Part shown: positions 36,222-45,858 of the stretch, one piece after another | How the letters are laid out: the number at the start of each line of letters is the position of its first letter | Position numbering within the stretch: position 1 is the first letter of the stretch | Source: Verrucomicrobiia bacterium | Lineage (GTDB): Bacteria > Verrucomicrobiota > Verrucomicrobiia > Limisphaerales > UBA11358 | Reading direction: 5' to 3' | Length of the DNA: 64,000 bases | NCBI GenBank assembly: GCA_035546095.1 | Contig: DASZXB010000073.1 | Location: 21,866 to 85,865, forward strand | Made by a program: the position numbers and the translations under genes | The notes under the pieces: model-generated | Seen by the model: only the letters and a program-made list of their open reading frames with translations | Told to the model about the DNA's origin: nothing | The model's database searches: none

Positions 36222-36886
36222 TATCTGTGACAGGCCGAACAGCTTTGCAATGATTGCACTTTCCAGTCGTGAACGAATTTCGCGCCGTTGACTTCCTGCA
36301 TGTGCGCGGCTTTGACGGGATCGGAATTCCATTTCCAGCCCAAATCTGTGACTTTATCCGTCGGACGGATGTGCGCCGCCGGATCGCGATGGCAATCCAG
36401 ACAAAAACTCATGCTGAACGGTTTGGCGTGATAAACTTCGTCCATTTGGTCAATGCGACCGTGACATTCCACGCAACTGATACCGCGCGCGACGTGGACG
36501 GCGTGATTGAAATAAACGTAATCCGGCGTGATGTGAACCTGCACCCACGGAATCGGCGTGTTGTTCGTGGCGCTTTCACGGACGATGGCCAGTCGCGGGT
36601 CGTCCTTCAAAACCTGACTGTGACAATTCATGCACGTTGACGCCGACGGAATGTTCGCCACCCAAGTCTTGTCCACCATGCTGTGACAATAGCTGCAGTC
36701 AATTCCCAGTTCGCCCGCATGAACTTTGTGGGAAAAGGGCACCGGCTGCACCGGCTCGTAACCGACGCGCGTGTATTTGGGCGTGAAATAATACCAAACG
36801 CCCGCCGTCACAGCGCCACCCGTCAGCATCGCTCCGATGAGCAACACCAACGGCAACCAGTTTGTCCACTTCGGAAAAATTGACAT
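36221..36886 (-). CDS. actA: alternative complex III pentaheme cytochrome c subunit ActA
   Basis: Five CxxCH motifs (CSYCH, CMNCH, CVECH, CLDCH, CSACH) after an N-terminal TM helix. Confidence 0.9.
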   Translation of the reverse strand: MSIFPKWTNWLPLVLLIGAMLTGGAVTAGVWYYFTPKYTRVGYEPVQPVPFSHKVHAGELGIDCSYCHSMVDKTWVANIPSASTCMNCHSQVLKDDPRLAIVRESATNNTPIPWVQVHITPDYVYFNHAVHVARGISCVECHGRIDQMDEVYHAKPFSMSFCLDCHRDPAAHIRPTDKVTDLGWKWNSDPVKAAHMQEVNGAKFVHDWKVQSLQSCSACHR

Positions 36887-37000
36887 TGCGAACGCCGCCG
36901 CGCGGCGAATCCTTCAATTAAAATCCCGACACAGCTTGAATTTAGAATCCGTGTCGCGGCAGATACTAAATAAATTGCCGTCCGGCTCGCAAGAAAAGTT

Positions 37001-37016
37001 TGTGAAAAATTTCACG
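37001..37016. promoter_or_regulatory. CRP/FNR-family-like palindrome TGTGA-N6-TCACG
   Basis: It matches the CRP consensus TGTGA-N6-TCACA at 9 of 10 positions. It lies in the divergent intergenic region between actA (36886, minus strand) and the gene at 37105 (plus strand). Confidence 0.3.
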
Positions 37017-37104
37017 TTGTTTTTTGAAAAGTTTGTTGGCGTTTGAAACAATTCTTGAACCGCCGCACGATTGACAGCGCAATCCGGTCTGCTAGAACAT
37101 CCGC

Positions 37105-37767
37105 ATGACCGTTGATTCGATGACTGAAATCGTGGAGAATGTTCAGTCCATCTACACCATCGTGCTGGCGCTGGCTATCGCCGAGGCGTTCAATCAGGCC
37201 ATCAAGGAAACCAAACCGCACGAGGAAAAACACGCGACGACGTTCGTCAATTGGTTCGATTGTTTTCATCATTCGCGATTTGTTTCGTTGATTGTCTTTT
37301 TGTTGCTCGCCGCGCCTTTTTTTCAGGGCAATCAAAAGTATTTGTATCTTCAATACATCGAGCCGTTGCATCAACTGAATCCGCCCAAAAGCATCAGCGC
37401 GCGCTGGTTGGATTTTGATTGCCTGATATTTTCGGTGCAGGCGGGATTGTTTTTTGTCATGTCCCGTTCCTTGTCGGCCAAACGGTGGCAGCAATTTTAC
37501 GCGACCATCATCGTGTTGCTGTCCATGGATTTCATCTGGGCGTTGATGGAAAAATGGCACGGTTCCGCCGTGCCGCGCGAATGGATTTGGTTCGACGCCG
37601 TCGCCGCCATTGTTCTGGCCGTCATCATCGTGGTGGATTGGTTTTTTATCCGTTACGAAAGGGACAAGGAGTTGAACATTTATTGCTATTGGGCTGTGTC
37701 TGTCATTTCCATCGTTGGACTGGTTTGCAGCTACTTCTATCAACTGGATTATTTGATAGATTACTGA
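37105..37767 (+). CDS. polytopic membrane protein (hypothetical)
   Basis: 220 aa with 4-5 predicted TM helices. I recognise no family. Confidence 0.5.
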   Translation: MTVDSMTEIVENVQSIYTIVLALAIAEAFNQAIKETKPHEEKHATTFVNWFDCFHHSRFVSLIVFLLLAAPFFQGNQKYLYLQYIEPLHQLNPPKSISARWLDFDCLIFSVQAGLFFVMSRSLSAKRWQQFYATIIVLLSMDFIWALMEKWHGSAVPREWIWFDAVAAIVLAVIIVVDWFFIRYERDKELNIYCYWAVSVISIVGLVCSYFYQLDYLIDY

Positions 37768-37967
37768 TTCAGATCAAAACGATTCCAGAAGGAGATTGTT
37801 GCAAGCAAAATTAATGAAGGGGACGCGGCACGGAATTAAGAAGTGCCAACTATTGTGTCGGGAGTGACGTTGGCGCGCACCGCGTCCCGGATATGAGCCA
37901 AAGCAAAGGACATTCCACAATCACAGTGGAAAGTTTGGCAATGTTTCTGCTCAGGGAAACATTCACC

Positions 37968-38162
37968 ATGACAACTTATACCATTCCGCCCCAATTCGCC
38001 CATGAACTGCTTTTGGCCCAACAAACCAGTCAACACGCTTATTTGATGACGCAATTCTTTCAAATCACCGCCCATTCAATCATCGGCGTCTGTATCGCCG
38101 GTTCGATTTTGCTCGTCTGGCGGTTTGTTCAATCGCAAAAAAGCAAATCTAGTGCTGCTTAA
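37968..38162 (+). CDS. 64-aa tail-anchored small protein (hypothetical)
   Basis: C-terminal TM helix 'IIGVCIAGSILLVW'. Codon usage looks native. It competes with an overlapping minus-strand ORF (37836-38075). Confidence 0.25.
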   Translation: MTTYTIPPQFAHELLLAQQTSQHAYLMTQFFQITAHSIIGVCIAGSILLVWRFVQSQKSKSSAA

Positions 38163-38226
38163 AAATAGAATTCTCCGGGCGGCTCTGTCCAAAATTCAAA
38201 CGGCAAGTCCCAATTCTTTTTCAGAT

Positions 38227-39255
38227 TCAACCAATTTTCTGCGTCGGCGTTTTGAGCGGATAAAGTCCGGGGCAACAACCGAAGGTTTCGTGAAACGCCT
38301 GGCTGAAATGGCTCAAGCTGGAATAGCCGACTTCGAGCGCGGCTTCGGTGACATTGAATTTGCCCGACTTCAACAATTCCGACGCGCGTTCCATGCGCAA
38401 TTGGCGGATGTATTGCGGAATCGTCAGACCGGTTTCCGCTGAAAACGTCCGGCTCAAATGAAACGGACTGCAACCGACAACGCGTCCGATTTCTTCGAGC
38501 GCGGGCGGCTCGGTCAATTTTTCGCGCAGCAACGCGATGACTTTTTCCACGCGCTCGGCGGAAAGCCGTTGTTGCCGCTGGCAAAACAATTCCTGTTTGT
38601 CCGGCGCGACAAAAAATAATTCCGACGCGACTTCGAGCGCCTTCGCCTGATACCAGACGGATTGCGCGAGCGCGAGCACGGGCGCTTCGCGCAGGCTGGC
38701 GAGCAATTGTTGCTGCCGGCTCGTCAGGCGCGTCACCGGTGCGACGGCAGATTTTTCGGATTGGCCGGCGACAATTTCGCGCACGAGCGGATGCAGCGAC
38801 GTGACGTATTCACTCAAATGCTGCCGCAAAAAATTAAACGACATTTCGACGGTGAGAAATTGGTGGCGCTGTTTTTCTTTCCGCGTGGCGGACAATGGTT
38901 GTTCGCCGCGCCGGTAAAAACCAACGGTCAACGGCGCGAAGGAAATCTCATTTTTGCCCAACGCGACCTTGCCGTTGCCTTCAAGATTCAGGCAAACTTC
39001 GACGCTGCCGGGATGAAAAGTTTTTCCCCAGTCAAATTCGCTGCCGGACGTCTTGAAATCGTGCCATTCAAAACTTGCGCCCGCGCCATGCACGCTGCCG
39101 TGCAAATGCCGCCAGCCGTCGCCGATGTTTTGCCAAGCCGGCCGCTCGGTGAAAGCGGAGAGATTTTCCGCGCTGGCAGCCTTGATTCTCTTGTTCGCCA
39201 ATTTTGGCACGACGATATTCTGCCATCTTTTCCGCCACGCGCAAATTTTTCGCAC
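38227..39255 (-). CDS. AraC-family transcriptional regulator
   Basis: The C-terminus 'GCSPFHLSRTFSAETGLTIPQYIRQLRMERASELL...VTEAALEVGYSSLSHFSQAFHETFG' forms two helix-turn-helix units. Confidence 0.85.
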   Translation of the reverse strand: MRKICAWRKRWQNIVVPKLANKRIKAASAENLSAFTERPAWQNIGDGWRHLHGSVHGAGASFEWHDFKTSGSEFDWGKTFHPGSVEVCLNLEGNGKVALGKNEISFAPLTVGFYRRGEQPLSATRKEKQRHQFLTVEMSFNFLRQHLSEYVTSLHPLVREIVAGQSEKSAVAPVTRLTSRQQQLLASLREAPVLALAQSVWYQAKALEVASELFFVAPDKQELFCQRQQRLSAERVEKVIALLREKLTEPPALEEIGRVVGCSPFHLSRTFSAETGLTIPQYIRQLRMERASELLKSGKFNVTEAALEVGYSSLSHFSQAFHETFGCCPGLYPLKTPTQKIG

Positions 39256-39325
39256 CGCAATTCACCACTAAAGAATAGCAACCCAGCGAAAGCGTGGTTT
39301 TCAGGTTAAACTACAATTTTTTGAA

Positions 39326-40471
39326 ATGATGAAGCAGATTTCAACGTTAGTTTACGCGCTTTTCTTGGCGACTCTTTCCGTCGAAGCAGAAACGGCAACG
39401 AATAATTTTCAGTCTTTGGACGCCATCAAAAAATATCTCGTGGACACGGTCCAGAAAATGGATGACGCGGGGCATGATTTCGTAACGAACGCGGCGGCAT
39501 ATCAAGCAATCATTGACGCGGCGGGCGGCGATTACGACAAGGCCGCGATGGAACACGGTGTGGAACTCGGCGAACTCGTAAAAAAAATGCAGGGCGATTT
39601 CGGGATTTACCATAATCATGGTTACGAAACGGTCGAAGGTATCGTCGCCGGCACGAAAAAAATGGTCTGGTTCGACAATTATCTGGACGGCGGAGTTCCG
39701 GCCAGCGAAGCCTCGACCGATTCGCCTGAATCACCGCTCGTGCTCCGTGCCAAAGACGGCACGATGATTAGCAATCACAACGGCAACCTTTTTCATTACG
39801 TCATCGAACCGACGTTGTGGGGCACGCGCAGTTTCTTTCTGAAAAAATTGAGTCCGGCGGCGCAGGAAAAAATGAAAGAAGAATACGAAGCCGCGCTTGG
39901 CACAAAAATTTCCGCCGCGCCGGTCGCGTTGCCGCGCGCGGATGTCCTGACCGCGGCTTCGATTGATTGTGCGGAGAAATTGGATATGCTGCTGAAAGTC
40001 GCCAAGGAGTGGCAGCCGCAACTCGGCGAATGTATCGGCGCGCTCGTGTGGATGACGCCGACGCTCAACGGCTATTTCGATGACTGGCGCGATTCGCGTT
40101 ACAATCCCGTCGCGACCGGCCACTACGTCGCCGAATCGCGCGTGCTCGACATGCGCGGCATCATGTATAGTTTGAAAATCGCGAACGACGCGATTCTCCC
40201 GCAGCTTCAGCCAAAAAATCCCGGCCTCGCCGACCAGTTGAAATACGAATACGACAACATCATTTCGTTCATTGACCGCGTCGAGGCGCGCGACAAACAA
40301 AGCGGCTACAAATTGAGCATTCCGGCGATCGAAGAATTGGCCCAACAAGCCAAGACGATGACCGACCAGTTGCAACCACAGTTGCGTCAGATGGCGGCGA
40401 TCCTCGGCGCGGAGGTGCCGGAAAAACCGACGCTCGTGGCGATTGACGTTCCGGTGGGCGCGCAGAAATAA
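39326..40471 (+). CDS. periplasmic EfeO/imelysin-like protein (putative iron-uptake component)
   Basis: Signal peptide, a possible HxxE ('HGYE'), and a position directly upstream of an FTR1 permease. The family assignment is tentative. Confidence 0.45.
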   Translation: MMKQISTLVYALFLATLSVEAETATNNFQSLDAIKKYLVDTVQKMDDAGHDFVTNAAAYQAIIDAAGGDYDKAAMEHGVELGELVKKMQGDFGIYHNHGYETVEGIVAGTKKMVWFDNYLDGGVPASEASTDSPESPLVLRAKDGTMISNHNGNLFHYVIEPTLWGTRSFFLKKLSPAAQEKMKEEYEAALGTKISAAPVALPRADVLTAASIDCAEKLDMLLKVAKEWQPQLGECIGALVWMTPTLNGYFDDWRDSRYNPVATGHYVAESRVLDMRGIMYSLKIANDAILPQLQPKNPGLADQLKYEYDNIISFIDRVEARDKQSGYKLSIPAIEELAQQAKTMTDQLQPQLRQMAAILGAEVPEKPTLVAIDVPVGAQK

Positions 40472-40487
40472 TCTTCTCCGGGACTCA

Positions 40488-42782
40488 ATGAATCGCGTTC
40501 TCAAAATTTTAGTCTGCTTGGCCATTTTCGCCGCGTCGCCGTTCGTTTCGCGTGCCGCTTTGAGCGATGATTTTCACGGCGTTCAACAAAAATTGAACGA
40601 CACGCTGCTCGACATTTATTCCGGCGAAACGGAAACGAATCTGTCGGCGCAACTTTCTGCGAGTTTCGCCAGATTGCAGCCTTACGTTTCCGGCTACGAA
40701 AATTCGGAAGCGGAAAAGATTTTGAGCGAACCGTTGCCCGCGCAACTTTCGGCGGCGGCTCAAATCGGCGTCGCGCGCGGACGTTTGCAGCACGCCGCCG
40801 CGCTCGCGATGTTGCAGTGTCAGGCGTCAGGAAATTTCAACGGCGCGCAGCAATGGCGCGCGCTCATCACGTTGCCGCAATTCGCGAATGGCGTGGACAG
40901 CGCAATGCTGTTGCAAAAGCCGGAACTCGCGCGCAAGCCGGAAGTCGCCACGACGCTCGCGAAGGAATATCTCGAATGGCAAACGATGCGCGTCCGCCAG
41001 TTGCTCGATTTCTTGCAGCAACAAGTCGCCATCAAAGCGGCGGACAAAAATGTCATGGAAGCGAACGAAAGTGAGATTCTCACGCTCGCTGATTTTCCGG
41101 CGCAGTTGGTTCAAACGGCCGGTTTGACCAATAATTCTGCAGTGACGACGGCGACGGTCGCGTGGGACGATTCGGCAGACGAAAAACAAAAGGTAGACGC
41201 GGTTGGCCAATGGCGTGACGAAGTAGAATCCACGTTGCCGAATCTGTTGTCGCCTTCGGACATTGGCCGGATGCAACGTCTCCTCGCACGTTGTGTCAAA
41301 CTCGTTCCGCGCGAATACTCGCACGGCGTCAGCAACGGCAAGTTGATCATTCCATTGGAATTGCGCGAAGCCAAACAATTCGCCGAACAATCTCAAACGC
41401 TCGTCAATCAACTTGCGCCGGTTTGGAAGCAGGAACAGCCGCAAGTTTATGCGCAGTATCGCGCAGATTTGAGCGCGCAACTCGTTCAAATGCAGGCGAT
41501 GCTCGATAATTTGCCGGAGCAGGACGCACTCGAAGAGCAAAGCAAAAAGATTTCCACGATTCTCGAAGATAAATTCAAGACTACCGCGCGTCGCCCGGGC
41601 GACAGCGGCGACGTGATTGATGAAACGGTTCTGGAAGTGCGCGCCGCGCTCGGTGGTTCGCTCGCCGCCGCTCAAAATGATCAATGGGAATCCGCCGAAT
41701 CGCAGCGCATGGACGCTTACACAGCATTCGACACAGAAATCGAAGCGCGCGTTTTGCCGCGTGATCCTGATTTGGCGCTCAAAGCGGAAAGCAGTTTTCT
41801 CGCGGGCGACGGCACGCAGCTCGGCATTAAGGCCCTGCTCGACCGCCGCGCGCCGATGGATCAACTACAAGCAGCTTACGAACGCACGCTCAATCATCTT
41901 TCGGAATGCACGGAACTTTTGAAAGTCGCCGTTTCACCGGCGACCATCGGTTTCACCGCGTTCACCATCGTCGCGCGGGAAGGTTTGGAAGCCATCATCA
42001 TTTTGGCCGCGTTGCTCGCCGGTTTGCGCGGCGCGGAATACGTTTCGACGCGCAAAGGCATCGCGGGCGGCGCGTGGATGGGTTTGGTCGTGACGGGAAT
42101 CACGTTTTGGCTCTCGCGCACGGTCATTCAATCGCTCACGCGTTTCGGTGAAAAATTGGAAGCCGTCGTTTCTATTCTCGCCGTCATCATTTTGTTCATC
42201 GTCACGAACTGGGTTTTCCACCGGGTTTATTGGGTCGGTTGGAATTCTAAATTGCGTTCGCTTTCAAAATCCGCGCAGGACGTGCAATCCACGCGCTGGG
42301 AATGGTTCGCGCTGTTGGGCGTCGGTTTCTTGACCGTGTATCGCGAAGGGTTTGAGATGGCGTTGTTCCTGCAATCGCTCTTGCTCGAGGGCAGCAAATC
42401 GGCGGTGTTCATCGGCAGCGCTGTCGCCGTTTTATTTTTGGTTCTGCTCGGCGCGTTGACATTCCGTTACGGCGTGAAATTGCCGTATCGCAAACTGCTG
42501 GTGCTGACGGGAATCCTCGTCGTTTCCATCATGGTCTCGTTCATCGGCTCAACCGTGCGACTTTTCCAAACGGTCAATTGGATGCCGATCCATCCCATTT
42601 ACAATCTACATTTCCCGAACTGGACCGGCTTGTGGCTCGGGTTTTATCCGAGTTGGGAAGGCGTTTTGATCCCGCCGCTGGCGCTCGTTTATGTCGGCGG
42701 CATGTGGTTGTTTAATCGTTGGCGATCGCGTAAAGCGGAACGCGAAGTCCCCGCCGGACAAGCGGTGGCTTCACAAGCCTGA
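40488..42782 (+). CDS. FTR1-family iron permease fused to a ~480-aa N-terminal periplasmic domain
   Basis: The C-terminal 7-TM region carries two REGLE-type motifs ('VAREGLEAII' and 'YREGFEMALF'). An N-terminal signal peptide is followed by a long soluble region. Confidence 0.8.
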   Translation: MNRVLKILVCLAIFAASPFVSRAALSDDFHGVQQKLNDTLLDIYSGETETNLSAQLSASFARLQPYVSGYENSEAEKILSEPLPAQLSAAAQIGVARGRLQHAAALAMLQCQASGNFNGAQQWRALITLPQFANGVDSAMLLQKPELARKPEVATTLAKEYLEWQTMRVRQLLDFLQQQVAIKAADKNVMEANESEILTLADFPAQLVQTAGLTNNSAVTTATVAWDDSADEKQKVDAVGQWRDEVESTLPNLLSPSDIGRMQRLLARCVKLVPREYSHGVSNGKLIIPLELREAKQFAEQSQTLVNQLAPVWKQEQPQVYAQYRADLSAQLVQMQAMLDNLPEQDALEEQSKKISTILEDKFKTTARRPGDSGDVIDETVLEVRAALGGSLAAAQNDQWESAESQRMDAYTAFDTEIEARVLPRDPDLALKAESSFLAGDGTQLGIKALLDRRAPMDQLQAAYERTLNHLSECTELLKVAVSPATIGFTAFTIVAREGLEAIIILAALLAGLRGAEYVSTRKGIAGGAWMGLVVTGITFWLSRTVIQSLTRFGEKLEAVVSILAVIILFIVTNWVFHRVYWVGWNSKLRSLSKSAQDVQSTRWEWFALLGVGFLTVYREGFEMALFLQSLLLEGSKSAVFIGSAVAVLFLVLLGALTFRYGVKLPYRKLLVLTGILVVSIMVSFIGSTVRLFQTVNWMPIHPIYNLHFPNWTGLWLGFYPSWEGVLIPPLALVYVGGMWLFNRWRSRKAEREVPAGQAVASQA

Positions 42783-42817
42783 TTTTTCAGAATTGAATTT
42801 TATTAAACTCAAGAATT

Positions 42818-44251
42818 ATGCCTAAAAACAAAAGTCTGCTTGCCATTATCTTCGTGAATTTGTTGTTGACCAAAACCGGTTATGCGGCCACCACGCCGAC
42901 GTATGTGCCCGGACCGAATTCGGGGAAAATTTCCGGCGCGCCCGGCCAGACCTTGCCGCCGACTGAACCGGCCATTGACCTTTCCTCCACGAACGCGCCG
43001 TATAATCCGGCCAACGACAATCCCGGACTTTATACCGGTTTGCCGACGCAAATGCCCGAAGGGCTGACCCAAACGCCGGAAAATTTTTGGCATCGCGACA
43101 CGATGTTTGGCGGTTTATGGGGCACACGCAACACGATAGGAAATTATGGATTTGAATTTGACCCGGTTTATGTCGGCGAAGTCATGGGCAACGTTTCCGG
43201 CGGCATGAAACAAGGCGCGGTTTATGACCAGAGCTTGAATTTGCCGTTGACCATTTATCTCGACAAAATCCAAAACTGGTGGGACGGCGGAACAATTCAT
43301 GCGAACGCGCTGTGGTTGGCCGGACGCTCGTTGTCGGCGGACAAAGTCGGCGACATCAGCGGCGCAAGCAACATTGCCGGCTACCCAACCCTGCGCTTGC
43401 AGGAATTCTGGTATCAGCAAACGTTTTGGAAAATGCGCGCGTCAATCAAGGTTGGCCTCGTCGCCGCCGACGCGGAATTTTTCACATCCGACACGTCGTC
43501 GTTGTTCATCAACGGAACATTCGGCGCGTTCACCCTCGTCGGTGCGAACCTGCCGAATCCGCCGGTCTATCCGGTGGCCACGCCTGCCGTGCGCTTTCTG
43601 GTTCAACCCATTCCGCAATTTTATTTTCAATCCGGCGTTTATTACGGCGACAGCGGCGCGCAGGATCAAAACCGGAATGGCTTGGATTTCGATTTCAACA
43701 GCCGCGCCGGCGCGCTGATTTTCTCGGAAATCGGCTGGCTCATCAACCAAGCTGCCAATGATCGCGGTCTGGTCGGCACTTACAAACTTGGTTCGTTTGT
43801 CCACACGGCAGATTTTACCGATTGGAATACCGGCGCGGGTGAAGGCTCCGATTATGGCATTTATGGAGTCGCGGATCAGGAAATTTACAAAAGCGGCGGC
43901 AAAGACATTTCCGCGTTTGCCCGCGTTGGTTACGCGCCGGCCAACGTGAACACCATTGACTGGTATTTTGACGCCGGATTCAACTTCTCCGGTTTTGTTC
44001 CGGGACGATTGCTCGACACCGCCGGTCTCGCCGTGGCGCGCTCCACCTTCAGCCACGACTTCAGCGATTCCCAGGTCGCGGGCGGCTCGAATCCGTTTTC
44101 GCAGGAAACCGTGATTGAAGCGACCTACAAAGCGCAAATTACGCCGTGGTGGACGTTGCAGCCGGATTTTCAATACATCTTTAATCCCAGCGGCGAGAAA
44201 GGTTCGCGCGACGCGGCGATTCTCGGATTGCGGACGACCATCGCTTTTTGA
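42818..44251 (+). CDS. OprB-family (carbohydrate-selective type) outer-membrane porin
   Basis: 'GGLWGTR..L...G..F...Y.GE...NVSGG.KQG..Y' and a terminal '...LGLRTTIAF' beta-barrel signature. Confidence 0.75.
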   Translation: MPKNKSLLAIIFVNLLLTKTGYAATTPTYVPGPNSGKISGAPGQTLPPTEPAIDLSSTNAPYNPANDNPGLYTGLPTQMPEGLTQTPENFWHRDTMFGGLWGTRNTIGNYGFEFDPVYVGEVMGNVSGGMKQGAVYDQSLNLPLTIYLDKIQNWWDGGTIHANALWLAGRSLSADKVGDISGASNIAGYPTLRLQEFWYQQTFWKMRASIKVGLVAADAEFFTSDTSSLFINGTFGAFTLVGANLPNPPVYPVATPAVRFLVQPIPQFYFQSGVYYGDSGAQDQNRNGLDFDFNSRAGALIFSEIGWLINQAANDRGLVGTYKLGSFVHTADFTDWNTGAGEGSDYGIYGVADQEIYKSGGKDISAFARVGYAPANVNTIDWYFDAGFNFSGFVPGRLLDTAGLAVARSTFSHDFSDSQVAGGSNPFSQETVIEATYKAQITPWWTLQPDFQYIFNPSGEKGSRDAAILGLRTTIAF

Positions 44252-44352
44252 CGTTTAATTTTCACGGATTAACCGCCGGGCTTTCCTCCTGCTCCGTCGG
44301 TTTGCCCAATCAATTTTATTTCGCCTTCGCGGATTTTGGTTTATAAGGCGGC

Positions 44353-45858
44353 ATGGCATTGGATTATCGCCATCTGTCACGGGACGAGATGATCCGGTTG
44401 TTGGCATCGCGCGAACGCGTTTTGCGCGAATCTTCTGAAATTTACACAAAGGCTTTCCGTGTTTCGCCCGACGCGATTTCCATCACCGATTTGGAAACGG
44501 GGCGGTTCATCGAAATCAACGACAGCTTTGAACGATTTTTCGGCTACAAACACAACGAAGTCATCGGACGCACGTCAAATGAATTGGGGTTTTGGTCCAC
44601 GCCTCAAGACCGGGACCGGCTGATTGAGTTGGTGAAGCTGCGCGGTTCAGTCCGGGATTTCAAAACATCAGGGCACACACGCGCTGGCGGGTTGAAAATC
44701 GGTCTGGTTTCAGCCGAGATGGTGGAAATTACCGGACGCCCGGCGCTCGTATTGCTCGTTCGCGACATCACCAATCGGGAAAAAGCAGCGCAAGCGTTGC
44801 GTGAATCCGAGGAAAAATTTTCCAAAGCGTTCCGCACCAGCCCGGACGTGATGACCATCGCCGATTTTGAAACGGGCTGTTACATTGAAGTCAACGACGC
44901 GCACGAAAAAATTTTTGGCTTCAAACGCGAAGAAGTCATCGGCCGTTCGCCTACCGAACTGGGCATTTTTGAAAATTCCGCCGTCCGGGAAAAGATATGG
45001 AAATCCCTCGAAACGGACGGTTCGGTTCGCGACGTGGAGATTGAAGCCCGCGCGCGCGACGGTAAAAAACTCACGCTGCTGCACAACGCGGAATTGATTG
45101 AACTGGGCGGGCGTAAATGTATTTTGCGCGTTTCGCACGACATCACGGAGCGTCAGGAAGCTATTTCGCGCGAGCAACAGGCGCGCCGCGAATATACGCT
45201 GCAACTCATCGCGTCGCAGGAAGCCGAACGCGCGCGCATCGCCACCGAATTGCACGACAGCATCGGGCAAAATCTGTTGCATTTCAGAAATCGTCTGCAA
45301 TCTGTGCTGAACAAAAAAAATTTGCCCGTCAAATTGCGCAAGCAATTTGAAGGCATAAACGACTTGGCGATGCAGACCATCGAAGAAGTCCGCCGGATTT
45401 CGCACGACATGCATCCGTATCAATTGGATCATCTCGGCCTGACGCGCGCGCTCGCTTCATTGATTGAAAGCACGAAGCAAACCAGCACTGTCGCTTTTGA
45501 ACAACGGATTGAAAACGTGGACGACCTGTTTTTAAAAGACGCCGCGACGAATCTCTATCGCATCGTGCAGGAAAGCTTGAACAACATTTTGAAACATTCC
45601 CGCGCCAAAAAAGTTCGCATCACGCTCGAACGCGACATTCACGAAGTTCATTTGAAAATTGCGGACGACGGACGCGGTTTCGCTCCGGCCAAATCACACA
45701 AGGCAACCAAAGGACTTGGTTTGCGAAACATTGCCGAACGCGCGCAGACGCTTAATGGCAAATTTCAGTTGAATTCCAAGCCCGGCAAAGGCACAACTTT
45801 GGAAATTACCATTCCTGTTTCCAATGGCCGCAAATCCGCCAAACATGCCCGCAAATAA
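44353..45858 (+). CDS. cytoplasmic PAS-PAS sensor histidine kinase (HisKA_3 type)
   Basis: Two PAS repeats ('FRVSPDAISITDLETGRFIEINDSFERFFGY' and 'FRTSPDVMTIADFETGCYIEVNDAHEKIFGF'), H-box 'ERARIATELHDSIGQ' and 'IADDGRGF'. Confidence 0.9.
   Translation: MALDYRHLSRDEMIRLLASRERVLRESSEIYTKAFRVSPDAISITDLETGRFIEINDSFERFFGYKHNEVIGRTSNELGFWSTPQDRDRLIELVKLRGSVRDFKTSGHTRAGGLKIGLVSAEMVEITGRPALVLLVRDITNREKAAQALRESEEKFSKAFRTSPDVMTIADFETGCYIEVNDAHEKIFGFKREEVIGRSPTELGIFENSAVREKIWKSLETDGSVRDVEIEARARDGKKLTLLHNAELIELGGRKCILRVSHDITERQEAISREQQARREYTLQLIASQEAERARIATELHDSIGQNLLHFRNRLQSVLNKKNLPVKLRKQFEGINDLAMQTIEEVRRISHDMHPYQLDHLGLTRALASLIESTKQTSTVAFEQRIENVDDLFLKDAATNLYRIVQESLNNILKHSRAKKVRITLERDIHEVHLKIADDGRGFAPAKSHKATKGLGLRNIAERAQTLNGKFQLNSKPGKGTTLEITIPVSNGRKSAKHARK

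Noticed and set aside
37836-38075. 79-aa Cys/His-rich minus-strand ORF
   Set aside because: It overlaps the plus-strand 64-aa candidate. Neither has support beyond being open. I list the plus-strand one at low confidence because of its TM helix and codon usage, but the choice is unresolved.
40827-41864. 345-aa minus-strand ORF
   Set aside because: It is antisense to the periplasmic domain of the FTR1 fusion gene. The product is Arg-rich with no motif.
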